Below are positions 8,273-16,646 of a stretch of DNA of 50,318 nt, piece after piece (within the stretch, counting starts at the first letter, position 1; every line of letters begins with the position of its first letter). Source of the DNA: a virus (taxonomy: Duplodnaviria > Caudoviricetes); the IMG/VR virus record IMGVR_UViG_3300031999_000035, positions 1-50,318 of that record; one strand, 5' to 3'. A program made the translations under genes and the position numbers. Below the pieces are notes generated by a model. That model saw only the letters and a list, made by a program, of their open reading frames with translations, had not been told where the DNA came from and did not search any database.

Positions 8273-8774
8273 TGGCTTTCTCTTTTTCTTTAAAGGCAGA
8301 CGGTAGTTGAATTCCGTTAGACGAATTTACGGCTTCGATGTTTCTATATAAGATGTGCCTTTGCCCCTCTTCTCTGTTAGCCATGAATGCTGCTTCTCGC
8401 TGCTTCTTCTCCTCTTCCCACAGCGGTTTTATCTTATCAATAGCTTTTCTCACTATGTTTCTCTGCTGTCCGAGCGGCAAATCGAGAATCTCAACTGGCA
8501 CTATTACATAAGGCCACTTTGGCGTAAATCTATAGTCGACTTCATCGCCGTGATGAATTAGAGTAGCTCTAAGAGTTCTGCCTTTTACATCAGCGGTTGT
8601 AAGCGGCTGCGGCGGTCTAGGTTTAATTTCTGGAACTGGTGCTAATATGGTCTTATGCGCTGGCGCTGGCGCTGATGTTGGGATGTCACTGAGTCGAATC
8701 TTCCCAGACATGATAGCAGCGGCTATCTCGTTGAGAGAGAAATACTGTCGACCTTTGATAGTTATCGGCTTCAT
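8211..8774 (-). CDS. Hypothetical protein (187 aa)
   Basis: ORF with GGAG RBS; Pro-rich linker. Confidence 0.7.
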   Translation of the reverse strand: MKPITIKGRQYFSLNEIAAAIMSGKIRLSDIPTSAPAPAHKTILAPVPEIKPRPPQPLTTADVKGRTLRATLIHHGDEVDYRFTPKWPYVIVPVEILDLPLGQQRNIVRKAIDKIKPLWEEEKKQREAAFMANREEGQRHILYRNIEAVNSSNGIQLPSAFKEKEKANDTSNNRLTAMGSNLRPATA

Positions 8775-8944
8775 GTTCGTGCTCCAAGTATATATCTAGC
8801 TATGTGCATTATGATACTGAATATAAAGTATACAGAGGCGCTGATATTTAGTGAAGGTATCCTTGAGTGTATCTCCCAGCAGCGGCCACATATTCTTGTT
8901 CCGTCGAAATCAGTGGAAGCGCTACAGATCTTGCATGTAGTCAT
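8771..8944 (-). CDS. Small zinc-finger protein (57 aa, MTTCKICSASTDFDGTRICGRCWEIH...)
   Basis: Manual translation; CxxC...CxxC; AAGGA RBS; ATGA coupling. Confidence 0.6.
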   Translation of the reverse strand: MTTCKICSASTDFDGTRICGRCWEIHSRIPSLNISASVYFIFSIIMHIARYILGART

Positions 8945-8982
8945 AGTTATTTCTTCCTTTACTTCTCAACCAACGCTGAGTA

Positions 8983-9195
8983 CTATAGTGTTACAGTATT
9001 TACATATACAAAGTTTCTGTCGAAGTAGTCCTTCGTGTCCAGAATTAGAAGCCTTCCTGTATGGTCTCTCAGGGAAAATCGTTCGTTCTCGCCCTTGGTA
9101 AGATACAGATATTCACCAGTTCTGGGACATCTAAGTACATCTACCTTCTTTTCAGGGATTTTCATCTCATTTCCTTTGTGATTGTAAATACGCAA
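8983..9195 (-). CDS. Hypothetical protein
   Basis: ORF in operon; likely start ATG ~9165 with AAGGA RBS. Confidence 0.55.
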   Translation of the reverse strand: MRIYNHKGNEMKIPEKKVDVLRCPRTGEYLYLTKGENERFSLRDHTGRLLILDTKDYFDRNFVYVNTVTL

Positions 9196-9452
9196 TCGGT
9201 TCCAAACATATAATCTCTCGCTGTTTTCAAGAATGGCCTTGCATCCTGAATATGCTTACATTCTTTACTGTACTTAATTCCATCCTTAACAGCGACTTGA
9301 TGTCTAAGACGGAACTGCCAATGAGGGCAGCCACATTCCGCTGAGCCATCTCCACGGAATATCACTGAATAGAATATCCCTGGTTTGCTGAACGACTCAA
9401 CCTGAAGTTTCATCTTCTTCCTCGTCTTATGGTAAACCGTCGAACATAACAT
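9162..9452 (-). CDS. SWIM-type zinc-finger protein
   Basis: ECGCPHWQFR...ECKHI (CxC...CxH). Confidence 0.7.
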   Translation of the reverse strand: MLCSTVYHKTRKKMKLQVESFSKPGIFYSVIFRGDGSAECGCPHWQFRLRHQVAVKDGIKYSKECKHIQDARPFLKTARDYMFGTDCVFTITKEMR

Positions 9453-9591
9453 GTAACTTACCCAGGGACATTAGATGCACCTGCTGCAGGAGTATCTTCA
9501 CATCATACTTATCAAGTAAGTTCTTCTCTGCTAGCAGCACTCTCACTCTTGCGAGTCTCCTGGCGAATATACTGTACTTTGCTCTCTTCAT
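9427..9591 (-). CDS. Hypothetical protein
   Basis: ATG 9591 with AAGGAG RBS. Confidence 0.55.
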   Translation of the reverse strand: MKRAKYSIFARRLARVRVLLAEKNLLDKYDVKILLQQVHLMSLGKLHVMFDGLP

Positions 9592-9642
9592 TTGTGGCTC
9601 CTTTGTCTTTGAGTGTACAAACACTGTCGTGTTTCGCTGGGT

Positions 9643-10026
9643 CTATTCCTCTAATAAGGAGGATATTTCGCTGGCTCTTTTCTCAAATTCCGCTGTTTGT
9701 TTTGGCCTATCTGCTATTATATCTTCTTCTACCATAATAGCTTCTCTAATTCCCCTTCCTTTTGCAAACTGTCCCATCGGGAAGCCCTTGCTTGCTAATA
9801 TCTCACATGCGTTGTTTACACTTTTCGGTCGCAATGCTTGGTATTGTTTAGCTACAGCCATTATACAGGCTTTTACAATAGCGCTTCTGTTTCCGCTGAC
9901 CTGCACGCCAGCGGCCTCCAAAGCTAGAACCGCTGTTGCTACGTCTCTAATATCCACCCACGCCTGAACTGTAATATTAGGCCCTTCCATCTGGGTCACT
10001 CCATTGAGTTTCGCTGTTATTTCCAC
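9643..10026 (-). CDS. Hypothetical protein, possible ribbon-helix-helix regulator
   Basis: ITVQAWVD strand, a helix, then GNRSAIVKACI resembling RHH helix B. Confidence 0.55.
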   Translation of the reverse strand: MEITAKLNGVTQMEGPNITVQAWVDIRDVATAVLALEAAGVQVSGNRSAIVKACIMAVAKQYQALRPKSVNNACEILASKGFPMGQFAKGRGIREAIMVEEDIIADRPKQTAEFEKRASEISSLLEE

Positions 10027-10224
10027 CTAATACATCACGAGCGCTATCACTAGGTCTGTAATATCCACGGTTGCTGTATTATTGCTTAATGTCTTTATAT
10101 CCAACACGTTGTATATTTCGATTAGCTTTAGAGTTTCTGCATCTTTCACAATCAGCCCTACAAATCTCTCCCCAGTGTCAGGTTCTGTTGTATCTTTTAG
10201 TGTAACGGATACGAGTCTTGCCAT
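10027..10224 (-). CDS. Hypothetical protein
   Basis: AGGAGG RBS. Confidence 0.65.
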   Translation of the reverse strand: MARLVSVTLKDTTEPDTGERFVGLIVKDAETLKLIEIYNVLDIKTLSNNTATVDITDLVIALVMY

Positions 10225-10335
10225 TTTAAACCTCCTGAGTTTCGCTGTCCTATCCGAGGAGCAGGCCCACCAGCATCTGGTGTGATATGCGATTATTACA
10301 GCGTCCGCTGATGAGCCCGCCCAGGTCGGTTATGT

Positions 10336-10506
10336 TCAATCTTTATCCTCCACCGTGATTGTTACGTAGAGAACTCCTCCATCCTTGTTGATTCCCTTTA
10401 CTATAAACGCCGCCCCGTCGTATGACACGACTCTTGGCGTGAAATCCTCATCGAGAGGAACCAAGGTCTCTCGTTTCCCCGCACCTAAGAACCATTTGAT
10501 TTTCAT
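10336..10506 (-). CDS. Hypothetical protein (56 aa, MKIKWFLGAGKRETLVPLDEDF...)
   Basis: Manual translation; GGAGG RBS; first gene after the promoter at 10565-10593. Confidence 0.65.
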   Translation of the reverse strand: MKIKWFLGAGKRETLVPLDEDFTPRVVSYDGAAFIVKGINKDGGVLYVTITVEDKD

Positions 10507-10564
10507 TGTCTCCCTCCAGGTTATTCATTTATGTATGAGCGCATCTCGCTCATTTAATATATAC

Positions 10565-10593
10565 AATATATGCAATTCCCCCGTCCCTTGCAA
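10565..10593 (-). promoter_or_regulatory. sigma70-type early promoter
   Basis: TTGCAA-17 bp-TATATT on the minus strand with AT-rich sequence upstream; inverted repeat ATGAGCG-N5-CGCTCAT (10535-10553) just downstream. Confidence 0.75.
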
Positions 10594-10632
10594 CATTTAT
10601 TTTTAGTTCCATTTCGGCTCCGAAACAATCCA

Positions 10633-10927
10633 TTCTACGTTCTATATTCTATATTCTATATTCTATATTCTATATTCTATATTCTATATTCTACGTGTGT
10701 TGCCTATACCATTTGATTCATTTTTATCAAATAGTTTACTTATTAAATATCTTATTTATCCCCTTAAGCGAAGGAATATTAGATTATTTATATATATATT
10801 TTTTATTATATATAAATCCCTACTCTGTTAAAAATGCACTTATTTAAAATGCACTTATTTAAAAAAACGAATCAAATGGGGGTATGTACATACGTAGAAA
10901 ATAGAAAATAGAAAATAGAATATAGGA
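10633..10927. repeat. Symmetric iteron/AT-rich element, putative replication origin
   Basis: 9 tandem heptamers TTCTA(TA/CG) at 10633-10695 face an inverted array of 4-5 heptamers at 10893-10927; inverted CCATTTGATTC boxes at 10709-10719 and 10869-10879; very AT-rich core. Confidence 0.7.
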
Positions 10928-10964
10928 TTATTTTAATCAAATCCATTATCTTATCGGAATTCAT

Positions 10965-10991
10965 AACTCCTGCCAATTTTTGGCGGGAGTT
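10965..10991. repeat. 27-bp dispersed palindrome, copy 3
   Basis: AACTCCTGCCAA-TTT-TTGGCGGGAGTT, between the origin-like element and a terminator. Confidence 0.92.
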
Positions 10992-10998
10992 TGAAATT

Positions 10999-11021
10999 AA
11001 AAAGCGGGAGATTAATCCCGC
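10999..11021 (-). terminator. Intrinsic terminator
   Basis: GCGGGA-6nt-TCCCGC followed by TTTTT on the minus strand, downstream of the 11040 stop codon. Confidence 0.75.
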
Positions 11022-11039
11022 CTTTGCTTAATATTAGGT

Positions 11040-11582
11040 TCATCTGTTCATCTTCGTTTGCTTCAGATTTTTCTTCTCGAACATTGTGGCGTATTTCATT
11101 AAGGTTTCTTGTTCATCAGCGCCCGCCTCTATCTCCTTAGCAATCGCCACAAGATGCGGAGCTACCTTCACAGCGCCGTATGCTTTGAGTAGTCTATCAA
11201 GAACCTTGCCTGTCGGGCTGATTTTCTCCCGTGCGCCTCTCTTTGCTGCTTCGATAGTAGCACTGAATACCAGCGGCTCTGCGAGTTTCGTCTTGAGGGT
11301 GTCATATCTTTCCTCAAAAGAACCTCTTCCGGCAAGCGGTCTAAGTGTTGATGCAATCGCAACGTTGACATCCTTGACTGCATGACTCATAATCGCCTTC
11401 GGCACATTCTTGAGGTCTTCTCCCTCGAGCATTTCAACAGTTACGTCAACCTTGACAGGTATGCCTTTTCGATAAGGGCTGTCTTCATCAACAGCGCTCT
11501 TATTAAGATAGTCCAAATACCCCTCAGGTTTTGTCGTAAAGTTGACTTGATAGGTATTTCTACCATTAATTACGTATTCCAT
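11040..11582 (-). CDS. Hypothetical early protein (180 aa)
   Basis: GAGGTG RBS; lies in its own transcription unit between a promoter and a terminator. Confidence 0.75.
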   Translation of the reverse strand: MEYVINGRNTYQVNFTTKPEGYLDYLNKSAVDEDSPYRKGIPVKVDVTVEMLEGEDLKNVPKAIMSHAVKDVNVAIASTLRPLAGRGSFEERYDTLKTKLAEPLVFSATIEAAKRGAREKISPTGKVLDRLLKAYGAVKVAPHLVAIAKEIEAGADEQETLMKYATMFEKKNLKQTKMNR

Positions 11583-11942
11583 TTGTTCACCTCTGGTTTA
11601 ATTGTTATCTTGATTCTATCATGGTTTTAAACTCTCCCCATGTCATACCTGCTGCTACAGCAAGCGCCATTATACTTGCAAGCGCTTGTTTACCACGTTC
11701 TTCTTCTGGTAAATTATCAATAGCGTTAATTAGACCGCTGATAAGTGTATCCAGTGCTTTATCCATGTTTCTGTTCCCGTTCCCGAGGTGAACAGATGAA
11801 CCCTATTCCCGTTATTTTCGATATGGTAATCATCGGTTTACCTCATGCACATTTTCTCACCTATGTGGTCCTTTGTGCATGTCTAGTCCCATCAAGACGC
11901 TGGTCGTCTTTTCCCATATCACATTGTCTCATTATGTTCCGG

Positions 11943-11965
11943 CGTTCAGCTCCGGCATACAACCT
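11943..11965. repeat. 23-bp direct repeat, copy A
   Basis: CGTTCAGCTCCGGCATACAACCT; 21/23 identical to 12203-12225. Confidence 0.8.
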
Positions 11966-11997
11966 CCGGTGTATGTGCTCGGTAAATCATTAATGAT

Positions 11998-12026
11998 AAC
12001 ATAACACATTGTGGGAAAATTGTCAA
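11998..12026 (-). promoter_or_regulatory. sigma70-type leftward promoter
   Basis: TTGACA-17 bp-TATGTT with an extended TG motif; AT-rich UP-like region. Confidence 0.8.
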
Positions 12027-12202
12027 GGTTTATTTTCAAAAACATTAAAACATTTTAACATAAGAATATTCCACGCTGGAATAATGCACATGAGCGCAAT
12101 GACCACCCGGGCAGGGGAATTTCAAGATTTTCCCTGTATCCCTCTCCACTCCCCAAATTCCAGAAAATCAAGACATGGATCTACTTCAATCATCAACTTC
12201 TA

Positions 12203-12225
12203 CGTTCAACTCCGGCATATAACCT
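12203..12225. repeat. 23-bp direct repeat, copy B
   Basis: CGTTCAACTCCGGCATATAACCT. Confidence 0.8.
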
Positions 12226-12281
12226 AATTAATTGAGCTGTGCATGGATTTAATTTTGAGCAGGTAGGAGAGAACCAAATCC

Positions 12282-12310
12282 TTGACATCTGCATAATTAT
12301 TAGGTATATT
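12282..12310 (+). promoter_or_regulatory. sigma70-type rightward promoter for the packaging/structural block
   Basis: TTGACA-17 bp-TATATT, followed by a GGAG RBS and ATG 12335. Confidence 0.8.
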
Positions 12311-12334
12311 GTCAGCACAAATTCGGAGAATATT

Positions 12335-12922
12335 ATGGGAAGGTTTAGGATAAGACCAAAAGTGCTGAGTCGTAAGTATCAGGTGCAGGGCATCTGGGAA
12401 AAGCATCATGAGATCAAGCGTTTAGAGCTGGTTGGAATCACTTCTAATAAAGTGATTGCAGAGATGCTGGGAGTTACTCCGCAGAATGTCTGTGATATTC
12501 GAGGCAGCGAATTGTATAAGCGGGAGCTTCAAGCAGCGAGTTTCGCTAAAGACTGTGCTTCTTTTGAAGTTGCTCGGGCTATCGAGGAAGAAGGCCCAAA
12601 GTGCCTTTCGCTGCTGACAGCGATTCGAGATAATAGAGTTGAAGAGATTGGAGAATCAGCGCCTCTTCCTCTTCGTGCCCATATCTGTGAAGATCTGCTG
12701 GACAGAAATGCAAAGAGTGCAAAGGTTAAGCAGATTCAGGGAGAGTTTAAGCATGCTCACCTAGTGGTTGGAACAACCCTTGAGAAAATCAAAGAGAGAG
12801 CAAGGGAAGTTCAGAGTTATATAGCAGATGCTATGATTGAGGAATTGAAATCTGACTCAGCAATCAACGAAGTTGATTGTATGCAGAGTAATGCTAACGC
12901 CAACGAGGTCTGTAATGCCTGA
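12335..12922 (+). CDS. HTH protein, candidate terminase small subunit
   Basis: HTH SNKVIAEMLGVTPQNVCDIR plus a helical body; first gene of the packaging strand; start reassigned to 12335 from the promoter and RBS. Confidence 0.6.
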   Translation: MGRFRIRPKVLSRKYQVQGIWEKHHEIKRLELVGITSNKVIAEMLGVTPQNVCDIRGSELYKRELQAASFAKDCASFEVARAIEEEGPKCLSLLTAIRDNRVEEIGESAPLPLRAHICEDLLDRNAKSAKVKQIQGEFKHAHLVVGTTLEKIKERAREVQSYIADAMIEELKSDSAINEVDCMQSNANANEVCNA

Positions 12923-13079
12923 GAAAGATATCTGGGATTTGGAGTTGCATGAGGTGCTGGAACAGCGGCCTTATCTGCATGTAGTGAGAGTGCCAGGCGG
13001 CTGGCTTTATGTTCATCATCACAGCGGAGCGAGTGAGAGTGTAGCATTTGTTCCTTTCGTGAAGAAGAGGGAGGTCTAA
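12915..13079 (+). CDS. Hypothetical small phage protein
   Basis: GAGG RBS; VRVPGGWLY...FVPF. Confidence 0.6.
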   Translation: MPEKDIWDLELHEVLEQRPYLHVVRVPGGWLYVHHHSGASESVAFVPFVKKREV

Positions 13080-13080
13080 T

Positions 13081-13239
13081 ATGCCTTGGACTCAGCGCTT
13101 TAAGCTTCTCGGGCAGCTCTCTATTGCAGTGCTGATAGCTCCTTTTATCTTGTGCATCTGCTTAGCTCTTGCCTTTATGTGCGCTGCTATTGGCTATGAC
13201 ATGGATGAGCTTGAGGGGAGTTATCAATGCCTGAAATAA
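13081..13239 (+). CDS. Small membrane protein (52 aa)
   Basis: Manual translation; GGAGG RBS; long hydrophobic stretch. Confidence 0.55.
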   Translation: MPWTQRFKLLGQLSIAVLIAPFILCICLALAFMCAAIGYDMDELEGSYQCLK

Positions 13240-13400
13240 AGAAAGGTGAATCTGAGCAGAACTATGTCAGCCGTTGTATAGCTCATTGTATCAAGAACGA
13301 GGGTCTAACACAAGAACAGGCCGCTGGCAAGTGCTATGGTATGTATAGAAACCACAAAAAGGGTAGTTCGATGGCTCGACATCTTGGAGGTGGAAAGTGA
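13227..13400 (+). CDS. Hypothetical protein (57 aa, MPEIKKGESEQNYVSRCIAHCIKNEG...QAAGKCYGMY)
   Basis: Manual translation; GGGGAG RBS; GTGA coupling to the next gene. Confidence 0.7.
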   Translation: MPEIKKGESEQNYVSRCIAHCIKNEGLTQEQAAGKCYGMYRNHKKGSSMARHLGGGK

Positions 13401-13876
13401 AAAAGTTATGGTTATTTCCTGCTTTAGTTTTAGCAGGCTTGATAGTTTGTCAGCTTCAACCTATCTTTGGTGCTGTCGTTGACTTAAGATCAAGAATTGA
13501 TGGGACTTCGGCTTATTCCAACGCTGATTCGATGGAATTCACTGATGTTGGAAGTGCTAGCTATGCAGGCTACTCTGATACTGTCAGCGTCGCTGGGGCG
13601 GAGTTTATCTCTGTAGACTTTATCCTTTCCCGAAATGGTAAGACTACAGCGAATTGCGCTATTCAGCTTCAGGGTTCCAAGGACACCGTTCATTTCATAA
13701 ATACTGATTCTGGTAACGCATCTATTACAGTTACAGCTGCTAGTGCTGCTTTTGCCACCACTATCACTTTCCCTTATGCTCCGGTTTATACTTACTATCG
13801 TTTATATGTAGATAATGACACGCTTTTCAGTTCTATAGCAAAGTGGAAGGTAGGAGGGCGGACTAATGCGCAATAG
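13397..13876 (+). CDS. Beta-sandwich protein with N-terminal signal peptide
   Basis: MKKLWLFPALVLAGLIVCQLQPIFGA leader; beta-rich body (IQLQGSKD...YYRL). Confidence 0.7.
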   Translation: MKKLWLFPALVLAGLIVCQLQPIFGAVVDLRSRIDGTSAYSNADSMEFTDVGSASYAGYSDTVSVAGAEFISVDFILSRNGKTTANCAIQLQGSKDTVHFINTDSGNASITVTAASAAFATTITFPYAPVYTYYRLYVDNDTLFSSIAKWKVGGRTNAQ

Positions 13877-15353
13877 ACTGACATGGGCGCTAATTATAGT
13901 GGGGTTAATTGTAGGTAGCTTGTTATTTATTAGTCAGCTATCTAATGCCCAAGTTCCCAATGCCCATAATCTTACTGGTGTCCAGCGAGAGGTTGCTAGC
14001 CCAACTACAGGCAGTTATGGTAAGATTTTGAAGTGGAATCCTATTACAGGATTATGGACTGCACAGAATGATAGTGTAGGAACAATGACGACTATAACCA
14101 CTGATTCTTTAGCGGTTATATATGTACGTGCAAGTGGAGATACCTTATACTTCCGCACAAAAGCAAGTGTGTGGATGATGAAATTGACAGGCACTAATGT
14201 CAATTTTGCAGCTGACCCAGTTGTTGCAAATATAACTGCATGGATGGATTCTACTAATTTTACAAATGACGGTATTGGGAACGAAGATCTTGCAGTTAAT
14301 AGTGTTAGTACGACCGAAATAAGAGACGCCACGATTGATAGTGTTGATGTTAAAGATGCAAGTCTTGCTGTTGGTGATATTAGTAATGGTGCAAATGGGT
14401 TTGCTTTAAAGCTCGCTATGACTGATTCCTTAGTATTAAGACTGTTGAAGACTGCGTGGATAGACTCTCTTAACGCTTATATTTCTACCTATGCTAAGAC
14501 ATATTTAGATGATGCTAACGAAAGTACGCTTAAGGCGACTTTAAATCTTGAAGCGGGTACAGATTACAATGCTTACAGTGTTAATATGGACACTGATGGT
14601 ACAGATGACATGCTCAAAGCTGCTTTCCCTGATTCTGTTGTAGCAGGAATTGCACGTGATACCACAAAGCAAGCTGCTGACGCCACACTTACAGACATAG
14701 CAGATGGAACTATAGCAGAGAACCTTGTAAATACTGCAAATCCGTGGGCAGACAACGAGATAGCAAGTTCTTCTACTTGGAATGCTGCAATGCCTGCGTC
14801 AGCGTTTCCTGACTCCATGAATAACCCTCATTCAGACATTGATATTAATGGTGGCGCAATAGATGGGACACCGATAGGTGCTAATACTAAAAGCACAGCA
14901 GCGTTTACTACTTTAAGTGCTGATAGTTCTTTCACTGTAAGTCATGGTACTCCTTGGGATATGACAGATGGACAGTATCAAGGACAGTTGGTAGTAGCAA
15001 AAGCGCATGAAGCTCTTATATTCGGTAATGTGTGTTTTATGAACACAGATGGGGAGTATGCTAAAGCTGATGCAGACTCTGTTGAAACAATGCCTGGACT
15101 TGTAATGGCACTTGCATCTATAGGTGCTGATGCTTATGGATTGTTCCTGCAGACGGGATATATCTGTGAGAGCGATTGGACAACTGTTCAGACAAAAGGT
15201 GCTCTTGTGTATGTTGGAAATACCCCAGGATTACCAACAACAACGGCTCCAACCGGTGCAGCAGATCAAGTTCAAGTCCTTGGGTATTGTATTGGGACAG
15301 ATATAATGTATTTCAGATCTGACTGGACTCTTGTTGAGGTGCCAACTCCATGA
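13866..15353 (+). CDS. Fibre-like/virion-associated protein with N-terminal signal peptide
   Basis: MRNRLTWALIIVGLIVGSLLFISQLSNA leader; Thr/Asp/Ala-rich shaft with repeated A[WFM]xDS; DINGGAIDGTPIG; C-terminal capsid-cement/fibre-like domain (AKADAD...GALVYVG..PG.PTTTAP...VQVLG). Confidence 0.65.
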   Translation: MRNRLTWALIIVGLIVGSLLFISQLSNAQVPNAHNLTGVQREVASPTTGSYGKILKWNPITGLWTAQNDSVGTMTTITTDSLAVIYVRASGDTLYFRTKASVWMMKLTGTNVNFAADPVVANITAWMDSTNFTNDGIGNEDLAVNSVSTTEIRDATIDSVDVKDASLAVGDISNGANGFALKLAMTDSLVLRLLKTAWIDSLNAYISTYAKTYLDDANESTLKATLNLEAGTDYNAYSVNMDTDGTDDMLKAAFPDSVVAGIARDTTKQAADATLTDIADGTIAENLVNTANPWADNEIASSSTWNAAMPASAFPDSMNNPHSDIDINGGAIDGTPIGANTKSTAAFTTLSADSSFTVSHGTPWDMTDGQYQGQLVVAKAHEALIFGNVCFMNTDGEYAKADADSVETMPGLVMALASIGADAYGLFLQTGYICESDWTTVQTKGALVYVGNTPGLPTTTAPTGAADQVQVLGYCIGTDIMYFRSDWTLVEVPTP

Positions 15354-16603
15354 AGAAGCTTTTACTATTACTATTATTAATGTGTATCCCTGTATGGGCA
15401 CAGAAGCTCTCCGATAGTGATTTGTCTAACGCAGCAAAAAGTGCTGCTGTTGGAGAGGTATTGTCAAAATATGACAACATAGAAGTTAGTAAAGCCGCTG
15501 ATGGAAAGTTACAAGCAAAGGTGTACTCAAGTAATCATTATGAAGTAAGTGGCGCTCCGCTTGTTCAGTATGATAGTGAAACAGGTGAGATTGTTGCTAA
15601 GAGTAGATATGTCAAATGGATTCCTGATGATGTTACAAAAGCTATTCCTGTTGAGCGAAGTGTTGGTAATACTGGGGTTAAAGAAGAATATACACTTGTT
15701 GATGATAAGATAACGAAGTTATCATGGACGCTTGAGACAAATGCAACAGTTGTTTGGAATGAGAGTGAACAGAAGCTAACCTTTAAGGGTGCTAATAGTG
15801 CTTATATGTTTGATACACCGAAGCCTACAGCTTGGGATAGTAATAGAAAAGATGTTAAGATTGATGCAACATTCGTTAAGGATGTCCTTACATATGTAGT
15901 TACATTTGATGGTAGTGACGTATTTCCTGTAATAGTTGACCCGACGAGTGTGACGGCGACTGGAGATGGAAGTGCTTACGGTCCTCCTGACACAAATAGT
16001 GACGTTGCCAGAGATTCTGATGGATCAAGTTATTTTACATCTTGGTATGTTGGAACATATTTATCCGCCACTTATTACAAATATTATAGGGGATTTGGTT
16101 CTTTTGCGATACCAAATATGAGTGCGCTTAATTCAGCAACATTTATGTTTTACGGTATGTCTAATAGCTCTATAGTAGATTTTGAGATATACTTACATAC
16201 ATCTACTTACACGGCACCTGTTAGTGCGGATGATTTTATTGTATTTGACGGTAGACGAGCAGCTATGACACATAATGGTACGATTCTAAATGATGTATGG
16301 AATTCAAACGGTTTTGCGCTTGACTGGAATACCATTTACTTCAATGCTGCCGGACTTGCTGCTATTCTTGCTAAAAAGAATAGTACGTTCAAGATGGCAG
16401 CAATATCAAAAAGGGATTATATATTCACAACACCAGAAGATGAAGAATATGTTGTTTTCTATGGTTCTGGAACATCTGGCAAGGAACCTTATCTATCAAT
16501 AACATTTACACCGCCTGGTTTTGCTGGTAAAGTATCAGGTGTTAGTGCTCCTGCGAAGGTATCGGGTGTAACATCACCATTAAGAATTAGTGGCATTCAA
16601 TAA
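15350..16603 (+). CDS. Secreted-type/virion protein with signal peptide and a DNRLRE-like carbohydrate-binding domain
   Basis: MKKLLLLLLLMCIPVWA leader; FPVIVDP linker; YRGFGSFAIP...SATF...KEPYLSITF; C-terminal KVSGV repeats. Confidence 0.65.
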   Translation: MKKLLLLLLLMCIPVWAQKLSDSDLSNAAKSAAVGEVLSKYDNIEVSKAADGKLQAKVYSSNHYEVSGAPLVQYDSETGEIVAKSRYVKWIPDDVTKAIPVERSVGNTGVKEEYTLVDDKITKLSWTLETNATVVWNESEQKLTFKGANSAYMFDTPKPTAWDSNRKDVKIDATFVKDVLTYVVTFDGSDVFPVIVDPTSVTATGDGSAYGPPDTNSDVARDSDGSSYFTSWYVGTYLSATYYKYYRGFGSFAIPNMSALNSATFMFYGMSNSSIVDFEIYLHTSTYTAPVSADDFIVFDGRRAAMTHNGTILNDVWNSNGFALDWNTIYFNAAGLAAILAKKNSTFKMAAISKRDYIFTTPEDEEYVVFYGSGTSGKEPYLSITFTPPGFAGKVSGVSAPAKVSGVTSPLRISGIQ

Positions 16604-16606
16604 CAT

Positions 16607-16633
16607 AACTCCTACCAATTTTTGGCGGGAGTT
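16607..16633. repeat. 27-bp dispersed palindrome, copy 4
   Basis: AACTCCTACCAA-TTT-TTGGCGGGAGTT between stop 16603 and the RBS of 16647. Confidence 0.92.
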
Positions 16634-16646
16634 GAAAGGAGTCCAA

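Noticed and set aside
10309-10335. CTGATGA core suggesting a hammerhead ribozyme
   Set aside because: No GAAA follows a stem II on the same strand; the nearby GAAAC is on the opposite strand.
220-12227. Plus-strand ORFs of 60-156 aa in the early region (and minus-strand ORFs within the structural region)
   Set aside because: They are antisense shadows of well-supported genes, with no RBS or recognisable motifs.
12239-12334. N-terminal extension of the TerS candidate in the ORF track
   Set aside because: It overlaps the -35/-10 promoter; ATG 12335 has the RBS.
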